Origin: Pseudomonadota bacterium
GTDB lineage: Bacteria; Bdellovibrionota_B; Oligoflexia; Oligoflexales; RGVZ01
Direction: 5' to 3'
DNA: 64,000 nt
NCBI GenBank assembly: GCA_041178085.1
Contig: JBEGVZ010000006.1
Coordinates: forward strand, 1 to 64,000
Positions 1 to 10,164 of this stretch are shown in pieces (the first letter of the stretch is position 1; each line of letters opens with the position of its first letter). Under the pieces are notes generated by a model that made no database searches, was not told the origin of the DNA, and worked only from the letters and a program-made list of their open reading frames with translations. The position numbers and the translations under genes were made by a program.

Positions 1-1
1 T

Positions 2-3000
2 TGCGAGCAAGACGATTCCTACCCGGCCCGGATCATCGACATGGCGACGGCCAACATCCCCGACAAAAAAGAGGGCACAGCCCTTGCCGTCTTCAAGTCT
101 TGCAAGACAGACAACCCGTCCGTGCCAAAGCGCAGGGTCGGGCTGATTGTCGAAAAACAGATCCCGGCCACCAAAGTGATGAACCTGCAGGGTGATGTCA
201 TTCAGGTCGAGTTCACTGAAATCGCTTTGCCCGGGAGCGGCGGGGGCACCGGCTCGGGGAGCGGAGGCGCTCCGACCGCCATTTCAGAATCCCCGCTGTA
301 CGTGAAATCCCAGAATCTGCCGATGGGCGTGACCAATCCACTCACAAACCAGCTAGACTCGCTCAACGTACGCTTTACTTGCAAAGACCTGTCCCAGTCT
401 TTCTCGATCGACCCGGAGACGCTTCCCGAGTCAGAAAACCAAATCCAGAAAAAAAACCCCTGGTGTACGAGATTCTCGCTGCCCCATGCGTTTGCCGCAG
501 TCAAATCTTGTAGCAACCTCTCCGGCTTTACGACGACGAACATTCCCGAAGCCAAAGTCCTTGAAAACATCGGGCAGCTCACATTCCGCCGCCTTGCTGA
601 CCCACCCAATGGAAGCGTGACTTTCGAGCCGGAAGATTTCACCGACTTCTTCCGCAACGGCTTCCCGTTTGACGGCAAGTTTCCGGGGCGGACGTGCATT
701 GTCGTGGCGCTGCCAAGGCAAGCGCCACTCGTCAGCCTGACTCCGCCGCAAACACCGACTGCAGACAACTATGAATTTTTCCTGAACGCCGTGGGCGAAG
801 ACACACCACAACCCTCCACCTGTCTTTCCGGAACAGCTGCTCTGCCGAACGCACAGACCCTGTCGTCCATCGACTTCGATGCCACGACCACGGTTCTGGG
901 TCAGGTGAGGGGTGACGCTTCGCCCGACAATGACGGCTCGTACTTGTCCTATAACACTTCCATCTTGCGGGATCAGGGTGCGCCCGCCAACCTGGTCAAG
1001 ACTCATGTCCGCGACGCCTCCGTTGTCACGACAGAAGGCAAGAGCTGCTCCAGTCGTGCCATGCGACTTTCTGCCCCCACAGATTCAACAAATCCAGCTT
1101 CCACCGGGCTGGCTGGCATCGAAATCGAGGCCGGAGACGCGCTGATGAATTTTGTCTCCGGGCTCTTCAACCCGACAACAAATCAGACCGCGAACCAGGT
1201 AGATAAAGGATTCACCCTTGGGTTCATGCACAAGAGAAATGGCAATCTTCCCGTTCCTGCGCCTGAGGCGGGATCCACCTCCAATCCAAAAATCCCGCTC
1301 CTGGGATTTGGCAAGTATTCCCAGGTCACTTCACAGGACGGTAACCGGATAAACGGCCTCTACTGGCAATTGAAGACCGATGGTAGTGCCGCGGGACGGT
1401 GGAACCTTTGCCTTGCACTGCATGGGCGCACCGCGGATGCGTGCGTTGAGAGCACCTATACCAATGAGACCAGCAAGATCCGAGAACTGGACAACGATAC
1501 GGCGTTTGTTGCCCTGTCGTTCATCCAAAAGGCGGGCCAGGAAGATGTTTCTGTCAAGATCCACGTCAACGGCAAGGCCGGGATTTTTGACGTCTCGAAA
1601 ATGGTGAATCAGCTGACGCTGAACCGTGAAGAGGCCAAAACATTGTTGGCGGGATTCAAGACGGTCGTTCTTGGCGCGAATCTGGAGCGGACGATACACG
1701 CAGACGGCACGTTCAAGTCCTGGTTCATGTTGAACCGGCCCATGTCAGACGAAGAAATCCTCATGACGGCCCTGTCGATGGGTGCTCCCATCCCCGCAAC
1801 GGGAACGTCAACCGCTACCGCCCTCATTGCAGTCAAGCTCTCTACGGGTAGTGGCGGGGGCACCATCTCTGCCCCCGGGATACCTTCATGCAGCGCCCCC
1901 ATCTGCGAGCCAGCAACGGTTGTTCCTGGAACAAGTCTCTCACTTCGCGCGGAACCCCAGGCTGGATACCGATTTTTCCAGTGGTCGGGTAACTGTTCGG
2001 GAACCACGCCTACTTGCGACATCCAGGACATTCGTAGCGAAGTTTCCGTCACAGCAAATTTTGAAAGGATGATGACCCTGACTGTGACGCCACCAGATCA
2101 CGGCAGGATCCATAGTAGTGATGGCCCAATCAATTGCGGCAATGGCAACAACACGTGTTCGGCAAATTTCCCGGTTAGCGCGAACGGAACTATTTTACTC
2201 TCGGCAGAGTCAGCCCTCGGTTATTCATTCACCAGCTGGTCAAACTGCGCAACCCCAACGCCCCTTGTATCGACGACATGCGCGGTCCCGTTAACCGCCA
2301 ACATTACTGTCGGGGCGACTTTCAACGAGTCGCTCTATCATCTGGCAATTGTTCCCCCTACCAACGGTTCAATCAGCGTCACCAACCCGATTCCGGCTGA
2401 AAGATCCAACCCGTACCCGCACAACACAGACGTAACGGTGACCGCTACTGCATCGGCAGGGTTTGAGTTTACTGGTTGGTCCGGCGACGCGTGCAGCGGA
2501 ACCACTACCACCTGCACTTTTAAAATGACTAGCGTCAAGACGGTCGGAGCAAACTTCACCAGGTTACCAGTCCAAGTAACCGTCCAACCCGTCCCTGCAG
2601 GCGGGTCGATTGCTTCCGGGGACCGGAAAATCAATTGCGCAAGCAACAGCAATCTGTGCGTAGCCACATTTGCTTATGATTCATCCGTCACATTTACCGC
2701 TACACCTGACACAGGAAAAACCTTTGGTTCATGGACGGGTTGCTCGTCCGCACCGCCGCTTCTCCCAAACTCTTGCACCATAAAATTGACCGATGCTGCG
2801 ACGATCTCTGCGACATTTCTTGACCAAACCTACGACCTGACAATCAACCCGCCAGCCTTTGGCACGATTGCCGTAGACCGTACCGACCCTGCTGACAGGA
2901 CCAGTCCATACATCCATAACACCAAAGTTTATTTAAAGGCAGAACCTGCCGACGGCTACCAACTGTCCGCTTGGGGTGGGGATTGTTCTGGCACCGCAAC

Positions 3001-6000
3001 GACTGAACGATGTTTAGTCACCATGAACCGTGAAAATATGAGCGTCAGCGCGACGTTTGTAAAAAAGATGTGGCCCCTTAATATCACTCAATCTGCTGGT
3101 GGGACGATCACGGTTTTACAGACAACACCAACCCTTTCCACACCATCCCCTTATCCGCATGAGACAGTGGTAACACTAGGCGCCCAGCCAGATACTGGCT
3201 ACGAGATCGGTGAGTGGCAGGGAGATTGTGCAACCACGCCCCCCAATAAAGAGAGCAGTTGCAATGTTGTCATGGTCGCGGCAAAGGCTGTTACCATCAG
3301 ATTTCAGAAAAAACGTTATTCGCTTACATTTGAGTCGGCATCGGCAGCAAACCTTGCTGTAACCGGTACAAACACCGCAAGTAAAACGAATCCCTTTGAA
3401 CACGGGACGGATGTTGAGGTCACAGCCACACCGCCGGCTGGCCACTCCGTGGCATCCTGGACGGGTTCCGGGGCGTGCCTCCTTACCAAAGAGACTTGTG
3501 TGGTAGAGATGGTCGCCGTCAAGTCGATCGGCGCCGTGTTCCAGGCAAACATGCTAAAGCTGTCAGTCAATCGCCCGGAAAATGGTACGGTCAGAACTGA
3601 CGACGGAAAAATCCGTTGCGGAAGTTCTGCGAGCGATTCCATCTGCGAAGCCAATCTTGGTTACAATAGCACGATCAGCCTGCGCGCCATCCCGAACCCC
3701 AACCACAGCTTTTCAACCTGGGCGGGATGTCCTGTTCTTGGTCAACAGACTGCTGGAACATGCAATTTGACTGTCCAGGCTGCGGAGACGATGATTGGAG
3801 CTGCCTTTTCTATCAACACATATGAACTGGAGTTTGCCCCTCCAGTCTCCAACGGTTCATTGTCCGTCAGCCCAAAGGATCCGCAAGGGCAGACAACTGC
3901 TTATACGCACGGCACAACTGTGACCGTCACGGCGACCCCTTCCGATGGCTATCAGGTAGCAAGCTGGACGGGAGTCAACTGCGCTCCCCCGTCCGAAAGT
4001 TGTAAATTGATCATGGACTCCAAAAAGTCGGTCAGTGTGGCTTTTTCAAAGAAACAGTACGTTCTCGGGTATGACCCCATGTCCAACGGAACCATCGCTG
4101 CATCACCAGCGCCCATTGGAAACACCTACGATGACGGAACCGTTGTCACACTCACCCCCCAACCTGACACAGACCGAGGGTATCTGTTTGAGAGCTGGAC
4201 TGGCGATGCAAAGTGCCCCCCGTCGGATCTGACATGCAACATCACGAACATCACAATGAAAGATAACAAGAAAGTTGGCGCAACATTCAAATTGAGAAGC
4301 CACAAGCTACGGCCGCTCGTTACGGAAAATGGCAGCCTGCTCCACAATGACATGGCGATCGACCCGGTTGGAAAAGACTTCTTGTATAACACCGTGGTGT
4401 ATGTCCGGGCAAAACCAGACACTGGCCGCAAACTAAAATCCTGGAAGGGTACTGGTGCATGTGCCGACCCGCCCAACGACACGTGCCCAGTGACGATGAC
4501 CAGCGACAAGGACATTGGAGCTGAATTTGAAAAAACTCGCCACACCCTCGACATATCGCTTGATGACGTCCAGAAAGACAGGGGAACCATTGACTTTGTT
4601 CCACCCTCCATCCGGCAAAATGATTATGAGTACGGGACTAAAGTCACGGTAAAACCAACTCCCCGCGCAGGGTATAAGTTCACCGGCTGGTCTGGTTCAG
4701 GCGCCTGCTTGAACGCGGCAGATCCCTGCGAGATCACCATGGACGCCAACAAGACGGTCAGTGCGACCTTTGAACGCCTGAAGTTTTACCTCTCCCAGGC
4801 GGCGACCACGGGGCCAGGCAGCATCACCATCACAACGCCGGCCGGCGCGCTCCTCCCGTCTGAGTTTGATTACGGCACCCAGGTCACGGTGTCAGCATCC
4901 CCAACTGACCTGGCTGCAAACGAGCTGACCGGTTGGACTGGCACCGGGGCATGCACCGGGAAAGACGTCACTTGTGCCATCGAGCTGACCGGAAACAAAT
5001 CGATCGGCGCTACTTTTGCACTGAGGAGACATGTGCTTAAGCCCCTCGCCGCAACCAATGGCACGATTAACTTCCCAGGCTTTTCACCTGGCGGCACTGA
5101 ATTTGCCCACGGCACAGACGTCGAGGTCACGGCCACGCCAGATCCAGGCTGGAAGCTCAAAAACTGGGATGGTTCGGGTGCATGTAACGTCACAGGCCTC
5201 GAAGGGGCGTCGCGCCTCAAGTGCGTTGTCCGGATGGACAACCTCAAAGACATCGGCGCTGTCTTTGAGAAGGAATTCTACTCGTTGACCCGACTTTCTT
5301 CAGAAGGTGGAAGCGTTGGCATCCTGAGCCCAGACCCGAACACCCAGCCCGGGCCTTACATTTACAACACCGAGGTCAGGGTGAAGGCCATTCCAACCGG
5401 TACAACCAGCGACTTCAGGTTCACTGGTTGGACAGGAACTGCCAAATGTGACAACCGCAGTGACGAATGTACGATCCTAATGCGGTCTCACGACATCAGC
5501 GTTGGCGCTGTCTTCATGCGAAATCCCGTGACCATCGAGGTCACCAGGCCTGTCGCAGGTACAATCAGCTCCGTGGACGGAGTTTTCCGGTGCGAGCCGG
5601 CACAAACAACCGATCCTTGCAGGGGGCAGTTTGAGTACGAAAAAGCTGTGATACTGCTAGCAAATGCGGACGCAACCCACATCTTCGACAAGTGGACCGG
5701 GTGCGACGCACCGCCCCTGGCGTTGGCGCCAAACGCCTGCTCGATCAAGGCCGTGGGCACCCCGAAAGTTTCCGCGACGTTCAAAATCAAGGCCTACGCC
5801 CTTGCCCTTGACACAAGAAACCCGGGGACGAACGGAACATGGGTGCGGGACCCTGACCAAAGCGCCTACAACCATGGGACCACGGTCAAGGTGGCCGTAA
5901 GGCCAGTATCTTCGCTTTATAAATTTGGCTCATGGACAGGAGATGCAGGTTGCACAGACCAAACGGGTAATTGCGAAGTTGCCATGGATAATAACAAGAC

Positions 6001-9000
6001 CATCGGGGCGGTGATCGTTGACAACACCCATGCTTTGAATTTCGACCCGGTTAAAATCAGCATCGTTTCAACTGACCCGGCCGGTCGCAGCTCTCCCTAC
6101 CTGCACGGCACCATAGTCACTGTCAAAGCCAACCTGCCTGCCGGCCACTCCGTTGCCAGCTGGAGCGGCACTGGCGCAACCAATTGCCCGACGAAGGAGC
6201 CCATTCCAGACACTTGCGTAATAACCCTGAATGACGAAAAAACGATCGCATTCACCACGTCGGAAAACACCTATGTATTCCGACCTGGCACGCCGCCAAA
6301 CGGGGGCGGAACGCTTGCGATCGCTCAAGACCAACAGAGAGATCGATACACCCATGGAACCGAGGTACTCGTCCAGGCCCGCCCCGATACCGGATTCCAG
6401 TTGGTTGAATGGACGGGCAATGCCCGGGCAAACGCTGTGAGAGGTTGCGGAGCAGGTGAGCTCGAGTGCGTCATCCGTGTGACGTCAAACGACCTTGCAC
6501 TCAACGCCAGTTTCCAGAAGACGCGGCATGTCGTGAGGGCCATAAACCCTGCCGTCGGGGGTACCATCATCCTGACATCGAGCAACCCCGCTGTTGCGCA
6601 GGATTCCTATGAGTATGGAACAAATGTTACATTTACTGCCACGCCGGCCACCACCAACCCCGCAGAGCAGTATGAATTCACCGGGTGGACCGGCGACTGC
6701 ACCGGCAAGGAAAATCCCTGCGCGCTGGTCGTCACCAAGGCCTTGACGGAAGTATCGGCGGGAAATCCGTCACCATTCACGAGAACATACAAACTTCAGC
6801 CACTTCAGCCGCTGCCCCACCCTGAGTTCGGTATCCTCGGAAGGATCACGGTCATTAAATCGAATGACAAGAACGGTCGCATCGCCAGCCCGTTCCTTGC
6901 TGGAACGAAAGTTACACTCAAGGCAGTGGACATTCGCTCCGGCTTTGCGTTGAGTGCGTGGACGGGCACTGGATCCGACACCTGTCCGGTCACAACAGAA
7001 AACACCTGCGAAGTGACCATGGATAGTGACAAGACGACGATCAGCGTCAGTTTCGCCAGGACGGGGTTCATCCTTTCGACCACAAGCAACGGCACCATCA
7101 CAAAGAACCCGGACGGTGGAACCCCCACCCTTTACCAGCCTGGAACGCTCGTTTCCGTGTCGGCGGCCAAAGAAAATCATACCGCTGGGCCGTGGACCGG
7201 CAGTGGATCTGCTGGATGCAACGGGCCGGAGGGAAAGGCGCTCCTGGAGTCGGATGGAAGGACCCTCAAGCCCTGCATGGTCATGATGGATAGCGACAAA
7301 ACCCTTGGCATCGCATTCAGCATCAACAAATACAGCCTGACCGCAACCCCGGCTGACCTGCTTGGGATATCGCCGCTGCCTGCTGGCACAGGATATGACC
7401 ATGGCACTGTCGTAACCTTGAGTGCAAGGAACAAGGAATTTCATAACTTTACTGGATGGTCTGGCGACTGTGCCGGCCAGTCAAACCCTTGCACTTTAAC
7501 GGTCAACAGAGAAGGGATGTCCGCTTCGGCAATCTTTGCGAACAATCGCTACGATGTAGTCATCACGCAGCCGGACAGGGGCGGGTTGATCTTCATCGCA
7601 GGGACAAACGATCCAAAAGAAATCGCGAGCCCGTTTGCCCACAACACTGTCGTGACGTTTGGCATCGGTCCCACCCCCCCGGATTACCGCTTCAAGAACT
7701 GGATAGTGAATGACCAGCCAATTCCGAATGATCCAAAGGCGAGTCCGATGCCGCCACTCAATCTGACGATCGATGGACCAAAAACGGTCAGTGCGGCGTT
7801 TGACCAGCTTTTTTATCTGACTCTTATCAAGACTGTCGGGACACCCGGGACCACCGTTACTTCGGCTGCCGGTGGTTCTGTCAGTTCTGTCCGTCAGAAT
7901 CCTGAAATGCTGCTCGATCTTTTCTCCTGTGCCGTCAACAGTTGCAGCCAATTCAGGAAACTGGGCTTACCACCGGAAGGAATCACTCTCCGCGCAACCC
8001 CTGCAACAGGTCATACCGTTGGAAGCTGGACAGGATGCAATCCTGTCCCGAATACAGCAGACTGTGCGGTACCGTCCGGCGTTACAGCAGACAAGCAGGT
8101 TTCCGTAAATTTCATTCCGAATACATACACCTTGACGACTGTTTCCGGTGGCAACGGCACCATCGTACGCGCCCCCAACAGCACCGCTTACCCTTACAAT
8201 ACTCAAGTGACTTTGACTGCAAGCCCTGCTTCTGGAAGTGGGTTCAAAGGATGGGAGGGCGGGAATTGCGCAACCAAAACGGACGCAACCTGCACAATCA
8301 CCATGGACGAAAACCTGGTCATGGACCGATACCGTATTGTGACAGAGAAAGCAGTCTTTGAACTCTTATACGAATATACCCTTCAAAAGCAGGGCCGCGG
8401 CGCGGTCTCCGTAGAAATGACCAACCTTACGAACTCTCAAGCGATGAGTCACGCCTGGGGCTACGGCGTCTCAGGCTCGATCACTAAGAATGTGTTTTCA
8501 GGAACCAACATTGCGGCAAAAGCAATTGTCACGCTGCCAAACGTATTCCTGGGATGGTCGGATCAGTGTAGCGGAAGCGATCCCGTTAATTGCAACGTAT
8601 CCATGAATGCTGCCAAGACTGTGACTGTCAAAGCAGGAAACTGGCAAAATCAGGCTAATCCCCTGGATGTTAACTCAGATACGAAGATTACCGTCACTGA
8701 CGTCACAAATCCGGACATAGCGAAAGGTGGAAATGGAGTAACCAACGATCTCAATCTTTATGGCTCAAGGAAACTTAGCGCATCGGACGTCGAGAGAACA
8801 CCAAACTATGTCGACACGAATGGTGATGGTTGGGTAACTCCGATGGATTCACTATTGATCATCAATTGGCTCAATTCAAACCGTCAGACTTTCGCCTTGC
8901 AACAGACCACCGGCGGAACCATCCGAACGACCGGGTGGGACCCAACCAGTGAGCAAAATCAGACAAGCTTTACTTTCGGCTCTAGAATCACTGTCACGGC

Positions 9001-10111
9001 AACGCCAGCCGCAGGCTTTGTGTTCAGTGGTTGGACAAGCCCAGGTTTCTGTCAATGGGGGAACCTAACAAGCTGCACGATTGAGGTTACCGGACCGACG
9101 ACAGTATCTGCAAGGTTCACACCTCTGCCGCCATCGCTTTCCTGGGGCTCATACCCAGCCGTCGGAGCCGCGACGAAAAACGTGGCCTTCTCCCTGCGAG
9201 CAAACAATACAGGGGGCGCCGCGACCAGTTGTTCCATTTCGCCATCCTTGCCAGCCGGCTTGTCAATCACAGTGTCATCGACAGCAAGCCCGGCAAGCTG
9301 CTTGATTTCAGGAACTCCAACTTCGTCCAGTGTGCCAATCGATTACCTGGTGACTGCGGGGTCGGCCGGTGGAAACTCCACTTCAACGTTTACATTGAGC
9401 GTAAGCTTTGCGCGGACATCTCCAGCAAATGGCGCTCTTGTCACCTCTAGTTTCGAAAAAAATCTAAATGCTAAAACTTTGACGGCGACCAATAAAAACA
9501 CCTTAGAATGGGAAGCCGTTTCTGGGGCATCAAGCTACACGGTATCTCTTTACAGCGCCGCAAACTGTTCTGGTACGTTGTATTACACGGGAACCGTCAC
9601 ATCGACGACACACGAATTCCCACGGAACGCCTTCAGTCGCGTTTATTTCCCATGCGTTATCGCAAACTACGGATCAGGCAGGACCTTTGGCGCATCAAAC
9701 AACAATTGGAGTTACGATTATTGCAAAGACAGTTTGTTTGGTGGGACTGCCAACGACCGAATCCTTCGCGGAGATAAATTATGCAGCACCAACAGGCTCT
9801 ATTGGACAGTCATGCAAGACGATGGAAACGTGGTGTTGTACAAAAAACCACCCACCAGCCGGCCCTGGCATTGGCAGACTGGCACCGCCAAGAGCAAGGG
9901 TGCCACCTTTGTGATTCAGGGCAACAAGCACGGCAACGTTGTCCTATACGACTCGACGTTAACAATTGTAAAATCAATCAGCGGCGGTAACACCGCATGG
10001 ACCAACAACAGTCTCATCATGCAAGACGACTGCAACCTTGTCGCCTATTCATGGCCTACCAGTGGAGAGCTCAGGTATACTTGGCAATCCGGTACCTACA
10101 ACTGCCGGTGA
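2..10111 (+). CDS. Giant repeat-rich surface adhesin (LamG-like + ~28 InlB B-like repeats + dockerin-like + Ig/FN3-like + C-terminal bulb-type lectin); 5' end outside window
   Basis: 3356-aa ORF from ATG 41, but the frame is open back to nt 2 (CEQDDSYPARIID-M) and no signal peptide follows the ATG. Repeated YxHGTxVTVTAxP..F.GW.G.C...C...M...K.V.A.F units; NPLDVNSD/YVDTNGDG dockerin-like EF-hand pair; QDDGNVVLY and QDDCNLVAY B-lectin motifs. Confidence 0.9.
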   Translation, partial: CEQDDSYPARIIDMATANIPDKKEGTALAVFKSCKTDNPSVPKRRVGLIVEKQIPATKVMNLQGDVIQVEFTEIALPGSGGGTGSGSGGAPTAISESPLYVKSQNLPMGVTNPLTNQLDSLNVRFTCKDLSQSFSIDPETLPESENQIQKKNPWCTRFSLPHAFAAVKSCSNLSGFTTTNIPEAKVLENIGQLTFRRLADPPNGSVTFEPEDFTDFFRNGFPFDGKFPGRTCIVVALPRQAPLVSLTPPQTPTADNYEFFLNAVGEDTPQPSTCLSGTAALPNAQTLSSIDFDATTTVLGQVRGDASPDNDGSYLSYNTSILRDQGAPANLVKTHVRDASVVTTEGKSCSSRAMRLSAPTDSTNPASTGLAGIEIEAGDALMNFVSGLFNPTTNQTANQVDKGFTLGFMHKRNGNLPVPAPEAGSTSNPKIPLLGFGKYSQVTSQDGNRINGLYWQLKTDGSAAGRWNLCLALHGRTADACVESTYTNETSKIRELDNDTAFVALSFIQKAGQEDVSVKIHVNGKAGIFDVSKMVNQLTLNREEAKTLLAGFKTVVLGANLERTIHADGTFKSWFMLNRPMSDEEILMTALSMGAPIPATGTSTATALIAVKLSTGSGGGTISAPGIPSCSAPICEPATVVPGTSLSLRAEPQAGYRFFQWSGNCSGTTPTCDIQDIRSEVSVTANFERMMTLTVTPPDHGRIHSSDGPINCGNGNNTCSANFPVSANGTILLSAESALGYSFTSWSNCATPTPLVSTTCAVPLTANITVGATFNESLYHLAIVPPTNGSISVTNPIPAERSNPYPHNTDVTVTATASAGFEFTGWSGDACSGTTTTCTFKMTSVKTVGANFTRLPVQVTVQPVPAGGSIASGDRKINCASNSNLCVATFAYDSSVTFTATPDTGKTFGSWTGCSSAPPLLPNSCTIKLTDAATISATFLDQTYDLTINPPAFGTIAVDRTDPADRTSPYIHNTKVYLKAEPADGYQLSAWGGDCSGTATTERCLVTMNRENMSVSATFVKKMWPLNITQSAGGTITVLQTTPTLSTPSPYPHETVVTLGAQPDTGYEIGEWQGDCATTPPNKESSCNVVMVAAKAVTIRFQKKRYSLTFESASAANLAVTGTNTASKTNPFEHGTDVEVTATPPAGHSVASWTGSGACLLTKETCVVEMVAVKSIGAVFQANMLKLSVNRPENGTVRTDDGKIRCGSSASDSICEANLGYNSTISLRAIPNPNHSFSTWAGCPVLGQQTAGTCNLTVQAAETMIGAAFSINTYELEFAPPVSNGSLSVSPKDPQGQTTAYTHGTTVTVTATPSDGYQVASWTGVNCAPPSESCKLIMDSKKSVSVAFSKKQYVLGYDPMSNGTIAASPAPIGNTYDDGTVVTLTPQPDTDRGYLFESWTGDAKCPPSDLTCNITNITMKDNKKVGATFKLRSHKLRPLVTENGSLLHNDMAIDPVGKDFLYNTVVYVRAKPDTGRKLKSWKGTGACADPPNDTCPVTMTSDKDIGAEFEKTRHTLDISLDDVQKDRGTIDFVPPSIRQNDYEYGTKVTVKPTPRAGYKFTGWSGSGACLNAADPCEITMDANKTVSATFERLKFYLSQAATTGPGSITITTPAGALLPSEFDYGTQVTVSASPTDLAANELTGWTGTGACTGKDVTCAIELTGNKSIGATFALRRHVLKPLAATNGTINFPGFSPGGTEFAHGTDVEVTATPDPGWKLKNWDGSGACNVTGLEGASRLKCVVRMDNLKDIGAVFEKEFYSLTRLSSEGGSVGILSPDPNTQPGPYIYNTEVRVKAIPTGTTSDFRFTGWTGTAKCDNRSDECTILMRSHDISVGAVFMRNPVTIEVTRPVAGTISSVDGVFRCEPAQTTDPCRGQFEYEKAVILLANADATHIFDKWTGCDAPPLALAPNACSIKAVGTPKVSATFKIKAYALALDTRNPGTNGTWVRDPDQSAYNHGTTVKVAVRPVSSLYKFGSWTGDAGCTDQTGNCEVAMDNNKTIGAVIVDNTHALNFDPVKISIVSTDPAGRSSPYLHGTIVTVKANLPAGHSVASWSGTGATNCPTKEPIPDTCVITLNDEKTIAFTTSENTYVFRPGTPPNGGGTLAIAQDQQRDRYTHGTEVLVQARPDTGFQLVEWTGNARANAVRGCGAGELECVIRVTSNDLALNASFQKTRHVVRAINPAVGGTIILTSSNPAVAQDSYEYGTNVTFTATPATTNPAEQYEFTGWTGDCTGKENPCALVVTKALTEVSAGNPSPFTRTYKLQPLQPLPHPEFGILGRITVIKSNDKNGRIASPFLAGTKVTLKAVDIRSGFALSAWTGTGSDTCPVTTENTCEVTMDSDKTTISVSFARTGFILSTTSNGTITKNPDGGTPTLYQPGTLVSVSAAKENHTAGPWTGSGSAGCNGPEGKALLESDGRTLKPCMVMMDSDKTLGIAFSINKYSLTATPADLLGISPLPAGTGYDHGTVVTLSARNKEFHNFTGWSGDCAGQSNPCTLTVNREGMSASAIFANNRYDVVITQPDRGGLIFIAGTNDPKEIASPFAHNTVVTFGIGPTPPDYRFKNWIVNDQPIPNDPKASPMPPLNLTIDGPKTVSAAFDQLFYLTLIKTVGTPGTTVTSAAGGSVSSVRQNPEMLLDLFSCAVNSCSQFRKLGLPPEGITLRATPATGHTVGSWTGCNPVPNTADCAVPSGVTADKQVSVNFIPNTYTLTTVSGGNGTIVRAPNSTAYPYNTQVTLTASPASGSGFKGWEGGNCATKTDATCTITMDENLVMDRYRIVTEKAVFELLYEYTLQKQGRGAVSVEMTNLTNSQAMSHAWGYGVSGSITKNVFSGTNIAAKAIVTLPNVFLGWSDQCSGSDPVNCNVSMNAAKTVTVKAGNWQNQANPLDVNSDTKITVTDVTNPDIAKGGNGVTNDLNLYGSRKLSASDVERTPNYVDTNGDGWVTPMDSLLIINWLNSNRQTFALQQTTGGTIRTTGWDPTSEQNQTSFTFGSRITVTATPAAGFVFSGWTSPGFCQWGNLTSCTIEVTGPTTVSARFTPLPPSLSWGSYPAVGAATKNVAFSLRANNTGGAATSCSISPSLPAGLSITVSSTASPASCLISGTPTSSSVPIDYLVTAGSAGGNSTSTFTLSVSFARTSPANGALVTSSFEKNLNAKTLTATNKNTLEWEAVSGASSYTVSLYSAANCSGTLYYTGTVTSTTHEFPRNAFSRVYFPCVIANYGSGRTFGASNNNWSYDYCKDSLFGGTANDRILRGDKLCSTNRLYWTVMQDDGNVVLYKKPPTSRPWHWQTGTAKSKGATFVIQGNKHGNVVLYDSTLTIVKSISGGNTAWTNNSLIMQDDCNLVAYSWPTSGELRYTWQSGTYNCR
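1830..9120 (+). repeat. Tandem array of ~28 divergent InlB B-repeat-like protein modules (~75-90 aa each), interrupted by a dockerin before the last one
   Basis: 28 W-x-G/x-..C core motifs counted by eye, from FFQWSGNC to FSGWTSPGFC. Repeats are diverged at the DNA level. Boundaries approximate. Confidence 0.85.
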
Positions 10112-10164
10112 TCAATCCTGTTGCAATTTTAGACTCCGGTCCTTACGAGGTGCACTACACCTCT

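Noticed and set aside
1830..9120. CRISPR array or DNA tandem repeat
   Set aside because: Repetition is at the protein level only; there are no identical DNA repeats with spacers and no cas genes.
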